From the NCBI RefSeq assembly GCF_004010195.1, contig NC_057718.1, positions 62,604,311 to 62,668,310 on the forward strand: a stretch of 64,000 nucleotides of DNA, in the 5' to 3' direction. Origin of the DNA: Chiloscyllium plagiosum. Lineage: Eukaryota. Position numbers and translations under genes: made by a program. The notes below the pieces were generated by a model. That model was given only the letters and a program-made list of their open reading frames with translations. It had not been told where the DNA came from and made no database searches. Below, piece by piece: positions 36,730-50,680 of the stretch (position 1 is the first letter of the stretch; each line of letters opens with the position of its first letter).

Positions 36730-38350
36730 GAAATCTGTTCTGTCCCAAAGACTCAGCCAGATCTCAGAACAAAACCAAGGTGTACAGCAAAACAGTGAAA
36801 CACTACAACAGGGCAACGAGGAAGGTGTTAAGATGCATAAACACAAACATTTGAATGAAATCCTAAGTCAACCAAGTAAAATTCAAATTGTAGATGATGT
36901 TAAGATTTGTATATTGTTCACCTCACACTTCATGTTGACAATATGAGGCGATTGGAAGTTTCTAAAGCCATTATTGCCATGTTCCTTAAAAGGAAAATCA
37001 GTACACTTCAAAAGCTAAAATCAGCATAAGAATTAATGCCAGCATATTACCATTATCCATCTGAAAAACACAGGTGGCACTCCATGGTACAGCCAATGAG
37101 AGATTGTCTCACAGCATTACTAGATCACCAATTCCATTCATTGACAGAATCATACCAGTATAAGGATGCAATCTCATCTCAGCTTCCCAAAATTGACTAC
37201 CTGGTAGACACTAACAGGCCAGTGATGGCAGCCAAGTGGTATAGAGATTCATGAGATTTGAGCCACACTCTCTGTGGTGGAACAGACAAAAGGTGACATG
37301 ATTGAATCAGTCAACAATCTCAAAAGATATGGCCTTTGAAGTGAAAAATAAGCCAGGTAACTGCATGATTACACCTGACACCCTGAGAAAATTATACGAA
37401 GATCAGTATAAATCCTCTTGACCTCCATGTTGGGTATCAAATAAGATGATTAGCACTTGAACCTGTATACTTACTAGGGATGAATCAGGCTATTCACAAG
37501 AAGTAAATGCATGAGAGGCAAGCCAAACATAACTCCAGGAGCAGAAGGAAGCTCTGCAGCCACATGATGTTTCATCGACTCTTTGGATGAAAGTAACAAC
37601 AAACCTTTTCATAGTCCATGGAAAAGATTACATCTTTGTGATAGGTTATTCTCAATTTTGCATTCTTTGATAATTTGACAGCATAATGAGTGTGTCCATT
37701 GTTGACACAGTGAGCATTATTTTCAGTTTCAGTCTGCTGAATCGATAATGTGGCTGAGAATTCCACAGGCTTGACACTCTGGGTGAAGACATTTCTCCTC
37801 ATCTAAGGATATTCATTCTCCTCTGTTTTTTGAAAAAGAGATACATGATATAGGTAAAGCTATCAAAACTGTACTTTGGGCAAGGAGTCAAAATTACAAA
37901 TATAATTACTTGGATACCAGCAAAGATCATATGAAGACATTACTGATAGTGCTATATTGCAAAGGAACAGAAGTTGTTGCAGACCATTGTACTGCCATCA
38001 ATCATGCATGAAGACAGTCGGGAAAAACACTCTGACAATAATAATTGCAAGTGATGCGAAGTGACATCAACCAACAACAACATAGCCAAGTTGTCAAACC
38101 AATGCAAACGAGAATAACCCTTCTCCAGATGGGTATAGGATCACTAGATTAAGACGAGTTGTTAAACCTCCAAAGTGTTACAATGAAGTTTGTAAATTAT
38201 GTTTGCCTTATTGGTATAATTATCAAATTGACAACATGTGCCTTTTTCCAACTATGCATATCATTTTGGATCATTTTTCATCTTTTGAAAAAGAGGGATG
38301 CTGAATTATGCCTCAATCTGTATACTTTTAATAAATAAACTCATGAAACA
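36730..38350 (+). mobile_element. Very decayed Gypsy internal remnant with PPT and 3' LTR
   Basis: Integrase-like LFIVHGKDYIFVIGYSQF (about 37605-37660), TRLRRVVKPPK (about 38143-38175), aaaaagaggga|tg PPT at about 38288-38300. Confidence 0.6.
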
Positions 38351-39406
38351 CACTGTTGGAGGCAATCTTACAGTATAGACATGTAAAAGCAACCTGATCC
38401 AAACCATATTGCAATATGAATGAATGAAGTAAATATAGAATTCTGGTGTAAGCATATGAAGATTTTCAACTGCCTAGATTTATAATGTTTTGTAGCCTCC
38501 TTTTGAAGGTTCATAGACTAATTTAGCCATTTTCCTGATCATTAGACATGACCCTTGATACGTCTGTTGGAAACTGCTGCTCATCTTCATGAGGGCTGCA
38601 GAAAGAGTTTGTATTTTTGTACTGTCACGATGATGCAAAATATAAAGTTTTAAATTGGTTGATGAGAATTTAAATATTAAAAACCTTGAACTTTGACATT
38701 GAGAGCAAAAAGCCAAAAATGACTTGGAATAAAATGGCTGCTAAAGTCATAGAATTATACAGTACAGAAGAGGTCCTTCAGCTAATCAAGACTGTATTGC
38801 CAAAATTCTACACTAGTTCCACTTTGCAGCTCTAGGCTCACAGACTTGCATGTTATGACATTTTAAATGCTCATCCAAGCACCTTTATAAATGTTGTCAG
38901 GTTATCCATGGCAGGCAGTGCTTTCCAAACCCCTATAGCCTTTTGTTTTCCCAAGTCTACCTCTAAAATGTGGCCCCTTGTTATTGGTCCTCAATTAAAA
39001 TGAACAGCTACTTCCCACCTTTTTCATGTCCCTCATAATCTTACATACTTCCATCAGGCCCCTTCTCAACCTTCTCTGCTCCAAAGAAAACAACCTCTCT
39101 TCATAGCAAAGATGCTCCATCCCGAGTAACATCCTGGTGAATCTCTAACCATATCTATGCAATCACATTCTTCCCACAGTATGGAGACAAGAACTCCACA
39201 AATTATTCCAGCTCTGGCATAGCCAAAATCTGACCCACTTAAGTTCTCTGCTCTTATATTCTATGCCTCAACTGATTAAAAACAAGTGTCCCCTATGCCT
39301 TCTTAACTATCCTATTAACGTGATCTGCCTTCAGGGATCTGTGACAAGCACTTTAAATCTCTCTATTCCTCTGAGCTTCTGAGAGTCCTGCCATTCATTA
39401 AGTACT

Positions 39407-41015
39407 GGATCAGTGGTGCTGGAAGAGCACAGCAATTCAGGCAGCATCCGAGGACAGGCAAAATCGACGTTTCGGGCAAAAGCCCTTCATCAGGAATAAA
39501 GGCAGAGAGCCTGAAGCATGGAGAGATAAGCTAGAGGAGGGGGGGGGGGGGGAGAGAGTAGCATAGAGTACAATAGGTAGGTGGGGAAGGAGATGAAGGT
39601 GATAGGTCAGGGAAGAGAGGGTGGAGTGGATAGGTGGAAAACGAGCTGGGCAGGTCGGACAAGTCCGGACAGGTCAGGGGATCGAGTTTCTGGAGGTTAG
39701 AAGCTAGGATGAGGTGGGGGAAGGGGAAATGAGGAAACTGTTAAAATCCACATTGATGCCCTGGAGTTTAAGTGTTCCGAGGCGGAAGATGAGGCATTCT
39801 TCCTCCAGGCGTCTGGTGGTGAAGGAGCGGCGGTGGAGGAGGCCCAGCACCTCCATATCCTCGGCAGAGTGGGAGGGGGAGTTCAAATGTTGAGCCACGG
39901 GGCGATTTGGTAAGTGCCAGGATGGGAGGGTGGGTGGTAGGGGGGCGTGGACCTGACCAGGTAGTCACGGAGGGAACGGTCTTTGCGGAAGGCTGAGAGG
40001 GGTGGGGAGGGAAATATATCCCTGGTGGTGGGGTCTGTTTGGAGGTGGTGGAAATGTCGGCGGATGATTTGGTTTATGCGAAGGTTGGTAGGGTGGAAGG
40101 TGAGCACCAGGGGTGTTCTGTCCTTGTTGCGGTTGGAGGGGTTGGGTCTGAGGGCGGGGGTGCGGGATGTGGATGAGATGCGTTGGAGGGCATCTTTAAC
40201 CACGTGGGAAGGGAAATTGCGGTCTCTAAAGAAGGAGGCCTTCTGGTGTGTTCTGTGGTGGAACTGGAATTGGGAATACGGGATGGTATATTTGCAGGAG
40301 GTAGGTGGGAAGAGGTTTAATCCAGGTAGCTGTGGGAGTCGGTGGGTTTGTAGAAAATGTCAGTGTCAAGTCTGTCGTCACTGGGGATGGAGAGGTCCAG
40401 GAAGGGGAGGGATGTGTCAGAGATGGTCCAGGTAAATTTAAGGTCAGGGTGGAATGTTTTGGTGAAGTTGATGAATTGCTCAACCTCCTGTGGGAGCACG
40501 AGGTGGCGCCAATGCAGTCATCAATGTAGCGGAGGAATAGGTGGGGAGTGGTGCCGGTGTAATTATGGAAGATCAACTGTTCTACGTAGCCAACAAAAAG
40601 ACAGGCATAGCTGGGGCCCATATGGGTTCCCATGGCTACCCCTTTGGTCTGGAGGAAGTGGGAGGATTCAAAGGAGAAATTGTTAAGGGTGAGGACCAGT
40701 TCGGCCAAACGAATGAGAGTGTCGGTGGAAGGGTACTGTTGGGCTCGTCTGGAGAGGAAAAAACGGAGGGCTTAGAGGCCCTGATTATGGCGGATGGAGG
40801 TGTAGAGGGATTGGATATCCATGGTGAAGATGAGGCATTGGGGGCTGGGGAAACGGAAGTCTTGGAGGAGGTGGAGGGCGTGGGTGGTGTCTCGAACGTA
40901 TGTGGGGAGTTCCTGGACTAGGGGGGATAGGACAGTGTCAAGGTAGGTAGAGATGAGTTCAGTGGGGCAGGAGCATGCTGAGACAATGGGTCGGCCAGGG
41001 TGGTCAGGCTTATGG
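39407..41015 (-). mobile_element. Penelope-like retroelement (RT, partial GIY-YIG, pLTR), 10-bp TSD
   Basis: GRPIVS, MDIQSLYTSI, QTKGVAMG, FLRYIDD; TSD attaagtact at 39397-39406/41016-41025. Confidence 0.95.
39466..39493 (-). ncRNA. Intact minimal hammerhead core in PLE pLTR
   Basis: CUGAUGA-A-GGGC-UUUU-GCCC-GAAA-CGUC. Confidence 0.82.
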
Positions 41016-41819
41016 ATTAAGTACTCCCTTGTTATGTTACTTCTTCTGAAGTGGGTCACCTGACACTTAACAGAGTTAAATTCCATCTGTTACTTACCTA
41101 ACCTGACAGCAGTGTTCAAAGTACATGGGGTTAGTGGGAAGATTTCCAAGTCACCTGAGGAAATTTACTCACAAGTGCAAACAATCAGAGAAAATTAAGG
41201 AGCCGAAAGCCTGTGAAGGGCTTGGAGAGGGGAGAGGGATTGCTGGAGCCAAGGGATTAAAGTTGGGGCCAAATGCCAGGGTAAGGAGCATGCCGCTGTT
41301 TTACCAATGCTGGAAGGGGAGTTTAGGAGCCACATCTTTAGTGAACAGGTAGACAGTAACGTGAGTCACAGAGTGTTGAGGTGTAAGAAGGAGGCTGAAA
41401 AGTAATCTGGGAGATAGGAAGGCCATAAGCGTGATAGGGAAATGGAAAAGCAGCAAGGGAGTTGGGAGCAAATAGAGCAGGGAATGGGAAAGAGAGATAC
41501 ATGTTGTAAAGAAGAGAGAACAATTTCAACACAACAAAGGAACACTCAGCAAACTAGGAGCGAGGAAGATTTGAAGTAACTGAGGTAATGAATTATTTAC
41601 AAATTAATGTGGAATCCCTAGTTAATGTTGCATGTGACCAGAAGCTGGCGAAGCAGGCTTGAGGATATGAAAAGACTGCTCCTGTTCCTACTTCTTATGT
41701 TCCATAGGAGACAAATGCCATGGATGCTATCATGATGAACACTGTGTCAATTGTTACATTTAAATCTGAGTTTGAGATCTGAGATGCAGTAAAAGGGTAA
41801 TATCTGCCTGGTTAAAATA

Positions 41820-42140
41820 TCATATATACTCATGTAAAAGTCAATCTTGTAAAAGTCAACCCCTTACTTTTGGCCAAAATGTCTTGTATTTTCCATACAT
41901 CTCATGTCAAACTCGACCCTACCACATTGCATTGTAAACGTCCTACAAAGGAAACTGCATGTTCCCATTAACCCACTTAAACGAAATCACATTCATTCAT
42001 TCATACCAGTAATTCTACTCAGCGCGCTTTGTTTACTATATTGCATCTCCATTCATTCATTCATAATTCTACTTAGCCCACTTGGTTTATGACAGCATGC
42101 ATTGATTCATTCATTCATTCAGACCGGTACTAATTCTATT
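41820..42140 (+). repeat. pogo/Tc2-like terminus followed by three ~60-bp (cattc)n-containing units
   Basis: catatatactcatgtaaaagtcaa...; cattcattcattca...taattcta repeated at about 41990, 42050 and 42105. Confidence 0.45.
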
Positions 42141-42160
42141 GGTACTTATCGCACATTGTT

Positions 42161-42246
42161 CACTCTCAGCTACCTTCTCCCCATACCCCACTCCCCTCCC
42201 AATTATCTCTCCACCCCGGAGGCTCCCAGCCTCATTCCTGATGAAG
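42161..42246 (+). mobile_element. Inverted 86-bp copy of the neighbouring PLE pLTR, ending within the hammerhead
   Basis: Reverse complement of 43112-43197 with about 2 mismatches; ends cctgatgaag. Confidence 0.85.
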
Positions 42247-42514
42247 TTAATATAATTAAAAAGTTAATATAATTAAAAAAGTTAATCATTTTAATTGTGC
42301 CATTATATCTGAATAAAAGCGAGATATATTACCTACGTATATCTTTAATTCTTTGACAAATTTATTAACGTTGCTGAGGTTCATTACGTAAATGGGAGGG
42401 AAACGGAAGAATTTGGTGGGGAAGAGTATGCTACATCTACTTTCTCCCCTTTACTACTTGCACCCTAAAAATCTCAACTAAATTTGTCAAATGTGATTTG
42501 CTTTCCATAAAACC

Positions 42515-45105
42515 ATGATGACATAAAAATAGGTAAGAAAATGAGTTGTGAAGAGGACACATGGAGCCTACAAATTGATACAGATAGGTTAAGTGAGTGT
42601 ACGCGATTTGCTAAACCTTTGCCCAATGTGGGGCAGTGTGAAATTGTGCAATTGGGCAGAGAGAATAAAAAGAAGCATGTTATAAATGGTGAGAGGTTGC
42701 AGAGTTCTGAGATGCTGAGACAGTCCTGGTGCGTGAATCACTGAAGGATAATATGCAGGAACAGCAAATAATCAGGAAAGCTGATGTTATGCTTTATTGC
42801 AAGAGGAAATTGAATGCACCAGTAAGGAAGTTATGCTTCAGTTGTACAGGATATTGGTGAGACCGCATTTGGAGCACTGTGTACAATCCTCGTCATTGTA
42901 TTTACAGTATAATGTTAATGCATTAGAAGCAGTTCAGAGAAGGTTTACTGGACTAACATCTGAAGTGAGGAGACAGTGAGGTCTGTAGATGCTGGAGATC
43001 AGAATTGCGAGTGTGTTGCCGGAAAGGCATAGGAGGTCAGGCAGCATCTAAGAAGCAAGAAAATCGATGTTTCGGGCTGGAGCCCTTCATCAAGAATGAG
43101 GGGCTGGAGCCCTTCATCAAGAATGAGGCTGGGAGCCTCCGGGGTGGAGAGATAATTAGGAGGGGAGTGGGGTATGGGGAGAAGGTAGCTGAGAGTGCAA
43201 TAAATGGATGGAGGTGGAGTTAAAGGTGATAAATCGGAGAGGAGGGTGGAGCAGATAGGTGGGAAGGCAGATTGACAGGTCATGAGGGCAGTGCTGAGCT
43301 GGAAGGTTGGAACTGGGGTAAGGTGGGGGGAGAGGAAATGAGGAAACTGGTGGAGTCCACATTGATGCCCTGGGGTTGGAGGGTTCCGAGGAGGAAGATA
43401 AGGCGTTCTTCCTCCAGGCGTTGGGTGGTAAGGGAGTGGTGATGGAGGAGGCCCAGGACCTGCATCTCCTCGGCAGAGTGGGAGGGAGAGTTAAAATGTT
43501 CAGCCACGGGGCGGTGTGGTCGATTGGTGAGGGTGTTGCGGAGATGTTCTCTAAAGCGCTCCATGAGAAGGCATCCAGTCTCCCCAATGTAGAGGAGACC
43601 GCATCGGGAGCAATGGATACAATAAATGACGTGTGGAAGTGCAGGTGAAGCTTTGATGGATGTGAAAAGCTCCTTTGGGGCCTTGGGCGGAGGTAAGGGG
43701 GGAGGTATTGGCGCAGTTTTTGCAGTTCCTGTGGTGGCAGGGGAAGGTGCCAGGAGGGGAGGGTGGGTTTTTGGGGTGTGTGGACCTGACCAGGTGGTCA
43801 CGGAGGGAACGGTCTTTGCAGAAAGCGGATAGGGTGGGGAGGGATGGTGGGGTCCGTTCGTTGGTGGCGGAAATGTCGGCGGATGATACGATTTATGTGG
43901 AGGTTGGTGGGGTGGAAGTGAGGACCAGGGGGGTTCTGTCTTTGTTGCGGCTGGAGGGGTGGAGTTCGAGGGCAGAGGTGCGGGACGTGGATGAGATGCA
44001 TTAGAGGGCGTTTTCAATCACGTGGAAGGGGAAATTTCGGTCTTTAAAGAAGAAGGCCATCTGGTGTGTTCTGTGGTGGTACTGGCCCTCCTGGGAGCAG
44101 ATGCGGCGGAGGCAGGGGAATTGGGAATACGGGATAGAATTTTTGCAGGAGGTAGGGTAGGAGGAGCTGTAATCCAGGTAACTGTGGAAGTCAGTGGGTT
44201 TGTAAAAAATGTCAGTGTCGAGTCAGTCCTCGTGGATGAGATGGAGAGGTCTCGGAAGGGGAGGGATGTGTCAGAGATGGTCCCGGTGAATTTAAGGTCT
44301 GGATGGAATGTGTTGGTGAAGTTAATGAACTGTTCGACCTCCTTGTGGGAGCACGAGGTGGCGCCGATGCAGTCATCAATGTAGTGGAGGAAGAGGTGGG
44401 GAGTGGTGCTCGTGTAACTACAGAAGATGGACTATTCTACATAGCCGACAAAGAGACAGGCATAGCTGGGGCCCATGTGGGTGCCCATGGCTACCCCTTT
44501 TGGCTGGAGGAAGTGGGAGGATTGGAAGAAGAAATTGTTGAGGATGAGGACCAGTTCAGCCAAACGAATAAGAGTGTCAGTGGGGACGTCGGGAGAAGAA
44601 GAAACAGGGGCCCTGGTCATGCATATGGAGGTGTAGAGGGATTGGATGTCGTCTGAAGTGAGCAAATTACCTTCCGCGGAAATGCTAAACAAACTAAGCC
44701 CTGTATCCTCTGGAGTTTAGAAGAATCAGAAATATTTCATAGAAACATACAAGAACTTGAGGCGACTTCACTGAGTGGATGTTGAAAGGATCTTTCCTTT
44801 TTTGGGAGAATGTAGAAGTAGGGCTCATAGTTTAAACATAAGGACTTGCCCATTTTAAACAGGTGAAACATTTTTTTCTCTCAGAGGGTTGAAAGTCTTT
44901 GGAAAAGTCTTGAAAGTAGGCAGATGCAAAACCTTTAAATATTTTTAAGGCAGCAGCAGCTATATTCTTGATTCCTGAGGGGATGAAGTTTGTCAGGAAT
45001 ATGTAGGGAAGTAGAGTTGGGGTTAAAATCAAATCAGCCATGATCATATTGAACAGTGGTACAGGCTCAAAGGGCCAATAGGCCTACTCTTGTTCATTGT
45101 ATGTA
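42515..45105 (+). mobile_element. Old CR1 3' fragment hosting a Penelope insertion
   Basis: LYRILVRPHLEHC...EAVQRRFT; resumes after 44662. Confidence 0.8.
42970..44651 (-). mobile_element. Penelope-like retroelement (RT, GIY-YIG, pLTR), 11-bp TSD
   Basis: DIQSLYTSI, KGVAMG, VIYCIHCSRCGLLYIGETG; TSD tctgaagtgag at 42959-42969/44652-44662. Hammerhead at about 43066-43093 has C3>U. Confidence 0.95.
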
Positions 45106-46151
45106 TGTAAACTTAATCTGATTATATTCTGATTTTCTAAATGCATCAAAATTTCCTTATGAATAGATTCTAGCAGTTTCCTAATGACTTATGTTAGACC
45201 CATTAGGCTGTAATTATCCACTTTCTTAGTCCCTCCTTTCTTGCATAGTTGGGTCACTTTTCTATTTTCCAATCTGCTGGGGCCATTCTAGAATCTGAGG
45301 AATTTTGGAAAATCCTAAATCATCTGCACACAACCGTGCAACCATTTCTAAGACCATATGACCTAGACCATTAGGTATTCTAGTCCGTTAAGCTTCTCCG
45401 ATACTTTTGCTAATTTTAAGTTCCTCACTCTTATTAGTGCCATGTTTACCCTCCAGTTTTGCCATATAACTTGTGACTTTTGCAGTAAAGACAGGCACTA
45501 AATATTATTTGAAGTATCAGATATTTTTTCATTCCCCGTGATCATTTCATACTCTTGCAAGTGATATTGGTCTGTCATTACTAAATTAGTGAAGCATAAA
45601 AGATAATCTTTGTATTCTGCATCTCTGGGATCGCTAGCAAGAGGTAGATATGACTAAATGTGAATAGGTTCCTTTGGAGGAAATATTAATGAATTCAGGA
45701 ATTTTCAAAGGTTTGGAACATTTGAAATGTAAATGACATCTTAATATTTGCCTTAACATTTGATCAAGTATGTTATTACTGGGACTTGAATGTGTAAGTT
45801 GATGTGAATGTGCTACAGGATTTTTGTTCACAGGTGTAAAAATAAATAGTTGTGAACATTTTGTTGACACTAGACTTACAAAAGTTTAACGATATTAATT
45901 CAGTATTTATTTGGTGTATTGTGCTAGTATTGTTAATTTCTCCTTTTTCCCATTCTGGATCTTACAGCTTGACAGAAGAGAAATCTCTTTATAGATGGCT
46001 CTTATTGTGATATTTTTACTGTTTTGGGAATTTCTTGGCCTGTGCTCAATACATTTCAACCTTTTCAAAATAAATTTTGAAATTCTTTATGTATTTTGCT
46101 TACAGCAAGTTCCCTGCAGGTTGCTAGCTCAGTTAGTAATGGACAAGACAT

Positions 46152-46449
46152 GGGATGGTACAGTGGGTCAGTGGTTAGCACTTCTGTCTCACAGCAGCAG
46201 GGTCCCAGTTTTGATTCCACCCTTGGGTAACTGTGTGGAGTCTACACATTCTCCCCATGTGTACGTGAGTTTCCTCTGGGTGCTCTGGTTTCCTCCCACA
46301 GTCCACAGATGTGCAGGCTAAGTGGATTAGCCACTGGAAATTCAAGAGTAGAGGGTGGGTCTAGGTGGCATGCTCTTTGGAGGGTCATTGTGGATGCAAT
46401 GGGCCAAATGGCCCGCTTCCACACTGGAGGGATTATATTCTATGATTCT
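46152..46449 (+). mobile_element. Older HE1-type SINE
   Basis: Diverged head and core; attctatgattct tail. Confidence 0.85.
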
Positions 46450-46896
46450 CCAATAGTTTGAGGGAGCACTATTTACTTTAGCTAATCCCCTCCTTTTAAG
46501 ATCCTTGTAAAAAAGTTCTTACTATCTATTTTTGGTTTATTCTGTTCTGTTTTCTCACCCTTTTATCAGTCTTTTGGTCACCTTTTCCTGATTTCTAAAA
46601 CTCTCCCAATTCTTGGCAATTCTTTGCAAAGTTACATGTTTCTTTTAATATACCATATGTAACCCTTCTAATGAGCCTGGATAACTCTTTCTTGTTAAAG
46701 TTTTGTTTATTTAAGAATAGAATGTATTTTTGTTGGAGATTTTGAATAAGTTTTGTTAAACAGCTACCACAATTTATTTACTGTAATACCTTTTAGTCTA
46801 CTTACCCAATCCATCTTAATTAGCTTTAATCTCTTACCTACAGGCTTTAAGATTTATTTGGAAACTAGTATGTCATCTCAAACATAATATGGAATT

Positions 46897-49800
46897 AAGT
46901 TAATTGATTAAGTTAATTAATTAACTGATGATTCCCACTTTGTTGTGGTGGAGAGGCTTGTATATACTTAGGAACTTGAGAGCTGACAGTCTGGAGTGTA
47001 GCTCCTGGCAGGGTCACCCATGACGGTAGGGTCAAAGGAGGAGGTTCTAGATAAAGCACAATCCATGAAGACCTCAACAGGAGAGCAGGTGGAGGATGAT
47101 AGTGAGACTTAAATTAGGTCATCATAATATTTGCGAAGGTGGACGAAGGCTGCAACACAAAAGAGCTGCCAATCGTCTTCGTCTCCATGCCACTGGGTTT
47201 CAACCCCTATCTTGGACCCCTTCAACCCAAAGGTCAATGTAGTGGCTGTCAGTGCACATCTCCCCATATTAAAAGACATCACATGCAGGCACCCTCCCAA
47301 GAGCTACCAGTCCTACTTACATCCTGGTGGCAAGGAGTGCAGGATTGTGACATCTGGAAGCTCCCAGTCACAAACTGACACATTAGGCGGTGGGTGTCAG
47401 ATTCAGTCGTCTTGCTCCTGGAACAAGGCAGATCGAGCATTTCAACAGCTACACTCTGTTTAGGATCTGCGCTGCTCACCCTAGTAAGGGAGAAGGCTGG
47501 AAAAGGTGCCCTAAAACTAGCCTGCCTCAAAACTCGTGACTGGATTACCAGGTCCAGAGGGATCACCCACATGTGGATAGAAACAAAGAACTTTGGAGCC
47601 CGGAATGTAAGAACACTAATGAATCCAGCTAACAGTGACTGACCTGAGAAAAGACCTGCAATCATAGCCAGAGAACTGAAAAGATACCAGCATGATCTAG
47701 CTGCTCTTTTCAAAACCCACTTTTCAGACCAAAGGTAACTGAAGGAGGTGAGAAGTGGTTACACATTCTTCTGGAAAGGGAAGGCTATTGATAAGCCCAG
47801 AATTCACAGTGGTTGGATTTGCAATTAAAAACCTGCTCATCCGTTGCCTCTCTGAACTTCTTGTGGGGATCAATGACTGCCTGATGCTCACCAACAACCA
47901 GATGGCTACAGTTGTGAGCACTTACGCTCCAACCATTGGCTCAGAGGAGGAAGTAAAGGAGACATCCTATGTCAGTCTTGACTCGTTGCCAAGCATCCTC
48001 AAGGAAGACAAAATAATTCTTCTTGGAGACTTCAATGCCAGAGTTGGTCGAGACCACAACCGTTTGAATGGCACCATAGGAAGGGAAGGTATCAGTAATA
48101 TCAACTCCAATGGAGTTGTCCTCCTCACAAAAAGCACTGAGTGCAACCTTACATCACAAACACACTCTTCTGTAAGAAAAGTAAATTCCAAGCATCTTGG
48201 AGGCACCCACACTTGAAACAATAGCATCTCATTGTTTATGTCACCACTGCTATGATTGGCTCAGATGACTGACCACTGCCTTATCTGTTCCACAATGTCC
48301 ATCAGGCTACACAGAAAAAGGAGCGTTCAGGAGAAACAGACCTGGTCAAATTCAATATTGAGTGCCTGGGTAACACAGTCACTACACAACATGTACAGGC
48401 CTCACTTGCTAAAAGCCTACCTTGGGAATACCCAGAGGACAAAGGAGAACATTGGAGTCTGCTTAAATTCATCATTCTCAGTTCCTACAATAACACCCTT
48501 GGGTACAAATCAAGAAACCATCAGGACTGGTACAATGATAATGATGTGAAAATTGACCAACTCATCTCTAAGAAAAGGACAACATTCTGTGACTGACAGG
48601 ATGACATCAACTGCAAGGTCAAAAGAAAGGCCGATGCCAAAGCTACGGCTGATGTCCAGAGGAGGGTAAAGGAGCTCAAAAACAAACAGTGTAAATCCAG
48701 CAGGTGGCACATGTCAGTGACACAAGAAGCTTTTCAGCACCACCACCAAGGCACTGTATGGTCCAAGCTACGGTGGTCTAAACCCACTGTGCTCTAAACA
48801 AGGATAAAAACTACTCGAGGACAACAAGACTGGAGAGAGCATTTCCAAGAGCTCCTCAACCGTAATACCAATGTTAACTTGAAAATCATCAACCAAATTC
48901 CCCCAGAGATCCATGCAAGGTGACACGGGAGAGCCTTCCAGTGCAACTGAAGTACAAGATGCCATAGAGAGCCTAAGAAACAATAAAACTGCTGGTCTTG
49001 ATAGGAGTCCTGTAGAGGTCCTATAGGAGGGTGAATTACGGCTCCATGAATACATACATGCTTTGCCTTTGAAGATTTGGATCAAAGAAGAACTCCCCTC
49101 AGAGCTCAGGATTGCTCTGATTGTGACCATGTTCATAGGGTGACAAGGCAGACTGTCAACTATTGGCAAAGTACTTGCATGAGTCCTTGCCAGTAGATTT
49201 TTGCCATTATCTGAGGAAATACTCCCTGAATTGCAGTATGGCTTCTGCCCGTCCAGCGGAACAACAGACATGATCTTCACAGCACATCAATTACAAGAAA
49301 ATTGTCAGGATCAGAAACAACTGCTTTACATGGCCTTCTTTGATCTAACTAAGATATTTGACACAGTTAACCACCAGGCTGTCTGGTGGATACTGTCACA
49401 TTGTGGCTGCTCTAAATTCATTAGGATTTGAGGCTGCTCCATGTTTACTTGTCTGTGACAGTGCTTAACAACCGTAGATTGGAGTCTGAGCCTTTCACTA
49501 TGAAGATGAGGTTCAAGCAGGGCTGCATCATTGCACATACTCTGTCCACCATCTTCATTGCTTCCATCCTCCATCTCACTGACCAAAACCTGCCCAAGGG
49601 AATTCAAATAATTTATCGTGTGGACGGCAGGCTGTTCAACCTTGATAGGTTCAAGGTCAAGGGCAAGGTCCATCTTGGAACTTCAACATGCTGATGACAA
49701 TACTACCGCAGCACATTCTACGGAAGATCTGCAATGCATCTTGGATGACTTTTCCAAGGCAGAAAAAGCTCCTAGGCCTTACCTATAACATAAAAAAGAC

Positions 49801-50680
49801 TGCAGTACACAATCAACCACCACCCAACAGTCCCTCCACTCTTCCAACAATAAGGGTCAACAACCATTCTCTTGAAAATGTGGATCACTTCCCAAACCTC
49901 AGCAGCTTTTTCTCCCCCCAAGGCCAACATCAATACAGAAATACAACATCATCTGAGCTGTGCCGGTGGACCCTCTGCCTAACTCAGAAGAAGGGTGTTT
50001 GAAGACCATGACCTACAGGCCCAGACTTAACTTCTGGTTTACAGATTCATTGTCCTTCCCACACTGCTTATATCGAGCTGAAACATGGACTACAAACTGT
50101 AGGCCCCTTATAGCATTGGAACAACACCAGAAATCCCTATGAAATGTCCTGCAGATCACCTGGAAAGACAAGCACACTAATACCAATGACCTGAAGTGTG
50201 CCAACAAGGCCAACATAATCAACATCATAATTTAACAGCAAGTCCAATGGACTGGCCATGTCATCCAAATGCCCAACTCATGCCTCCCAAAGCAGATCAT
50301 GTACCCCCCAGCTGAAGGGAGGTCAGTGTGCCCAAGGTCGCCAAAAGAAATGCTTTATAGATAACATCTGGACCAAGAAACTCCAAATCACTATCAACAG
50401 CTGCGAGGACATGGCTCTGAACCCAAATCACTAGAGAAACATCATCCAGCAGTGTATATGCCATGAAAACAATCTCCACCACATCGTTGAACAGAATGAC
50501 TCTTCTGCAAGGCAGACAGAACATCAGGAAGGGTCCTCCAACCATCATTACCACCAATGCCCACACTACAATAGAATCTGTGAATCCCAGGTTGGCCTGT
50601 TCAGCCATCTGAAGACACACAAATAAAGCCCCTCATGGAGGACAATCATACTCAACCAATGAGTACTGATATTGATATCG
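46897..50680 (+). mobile_element. Near full-length RTE-clade LINE, decayed
   Basis: FGARNVRTL, YAPT, IILLGDFNARVG (APE); LPELQYGFCP..GTTDMIF, FFDLTKIFDTV, KQGC (RT). TSD tatggaatt at 46888-46896/50681-50689. Confidence 0.92.

Larger units (their letters stand above)
38745..41100 (-). mobile_element. Old CR1 3' fragment hosting a Penelope insertion
   Basis: CR1 tail at 38745; MEFNSVKCQVTHF resumes at 41026-41086. Confidence 0.75.

Noticed and set aside
37572..37802. Minus-strand ORF with a donor-like site as a gene B exon
   Set aside because: The + strand reads as Gypsy integrase, and the ORF start is a CR1 fragment.
38480..38595. Candidate - strand exon after ctttctgcag
   Set aside because: No good donor in a phase compatible with the downstream exons.
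39983..44656. Multiple + strand ORFs over the Penelope elements
   Set aside because: Antisense shadows of GC-rich - strand PLE coding sequence.
45553..45633. Candidate 81-nt - strand exon (DPRDAEYKDYLLCF...)
   Set aside because: Weak donor abutting CR1 sequence, and its phase conflicts with the preferred gene B model; unresolved without RNA data.
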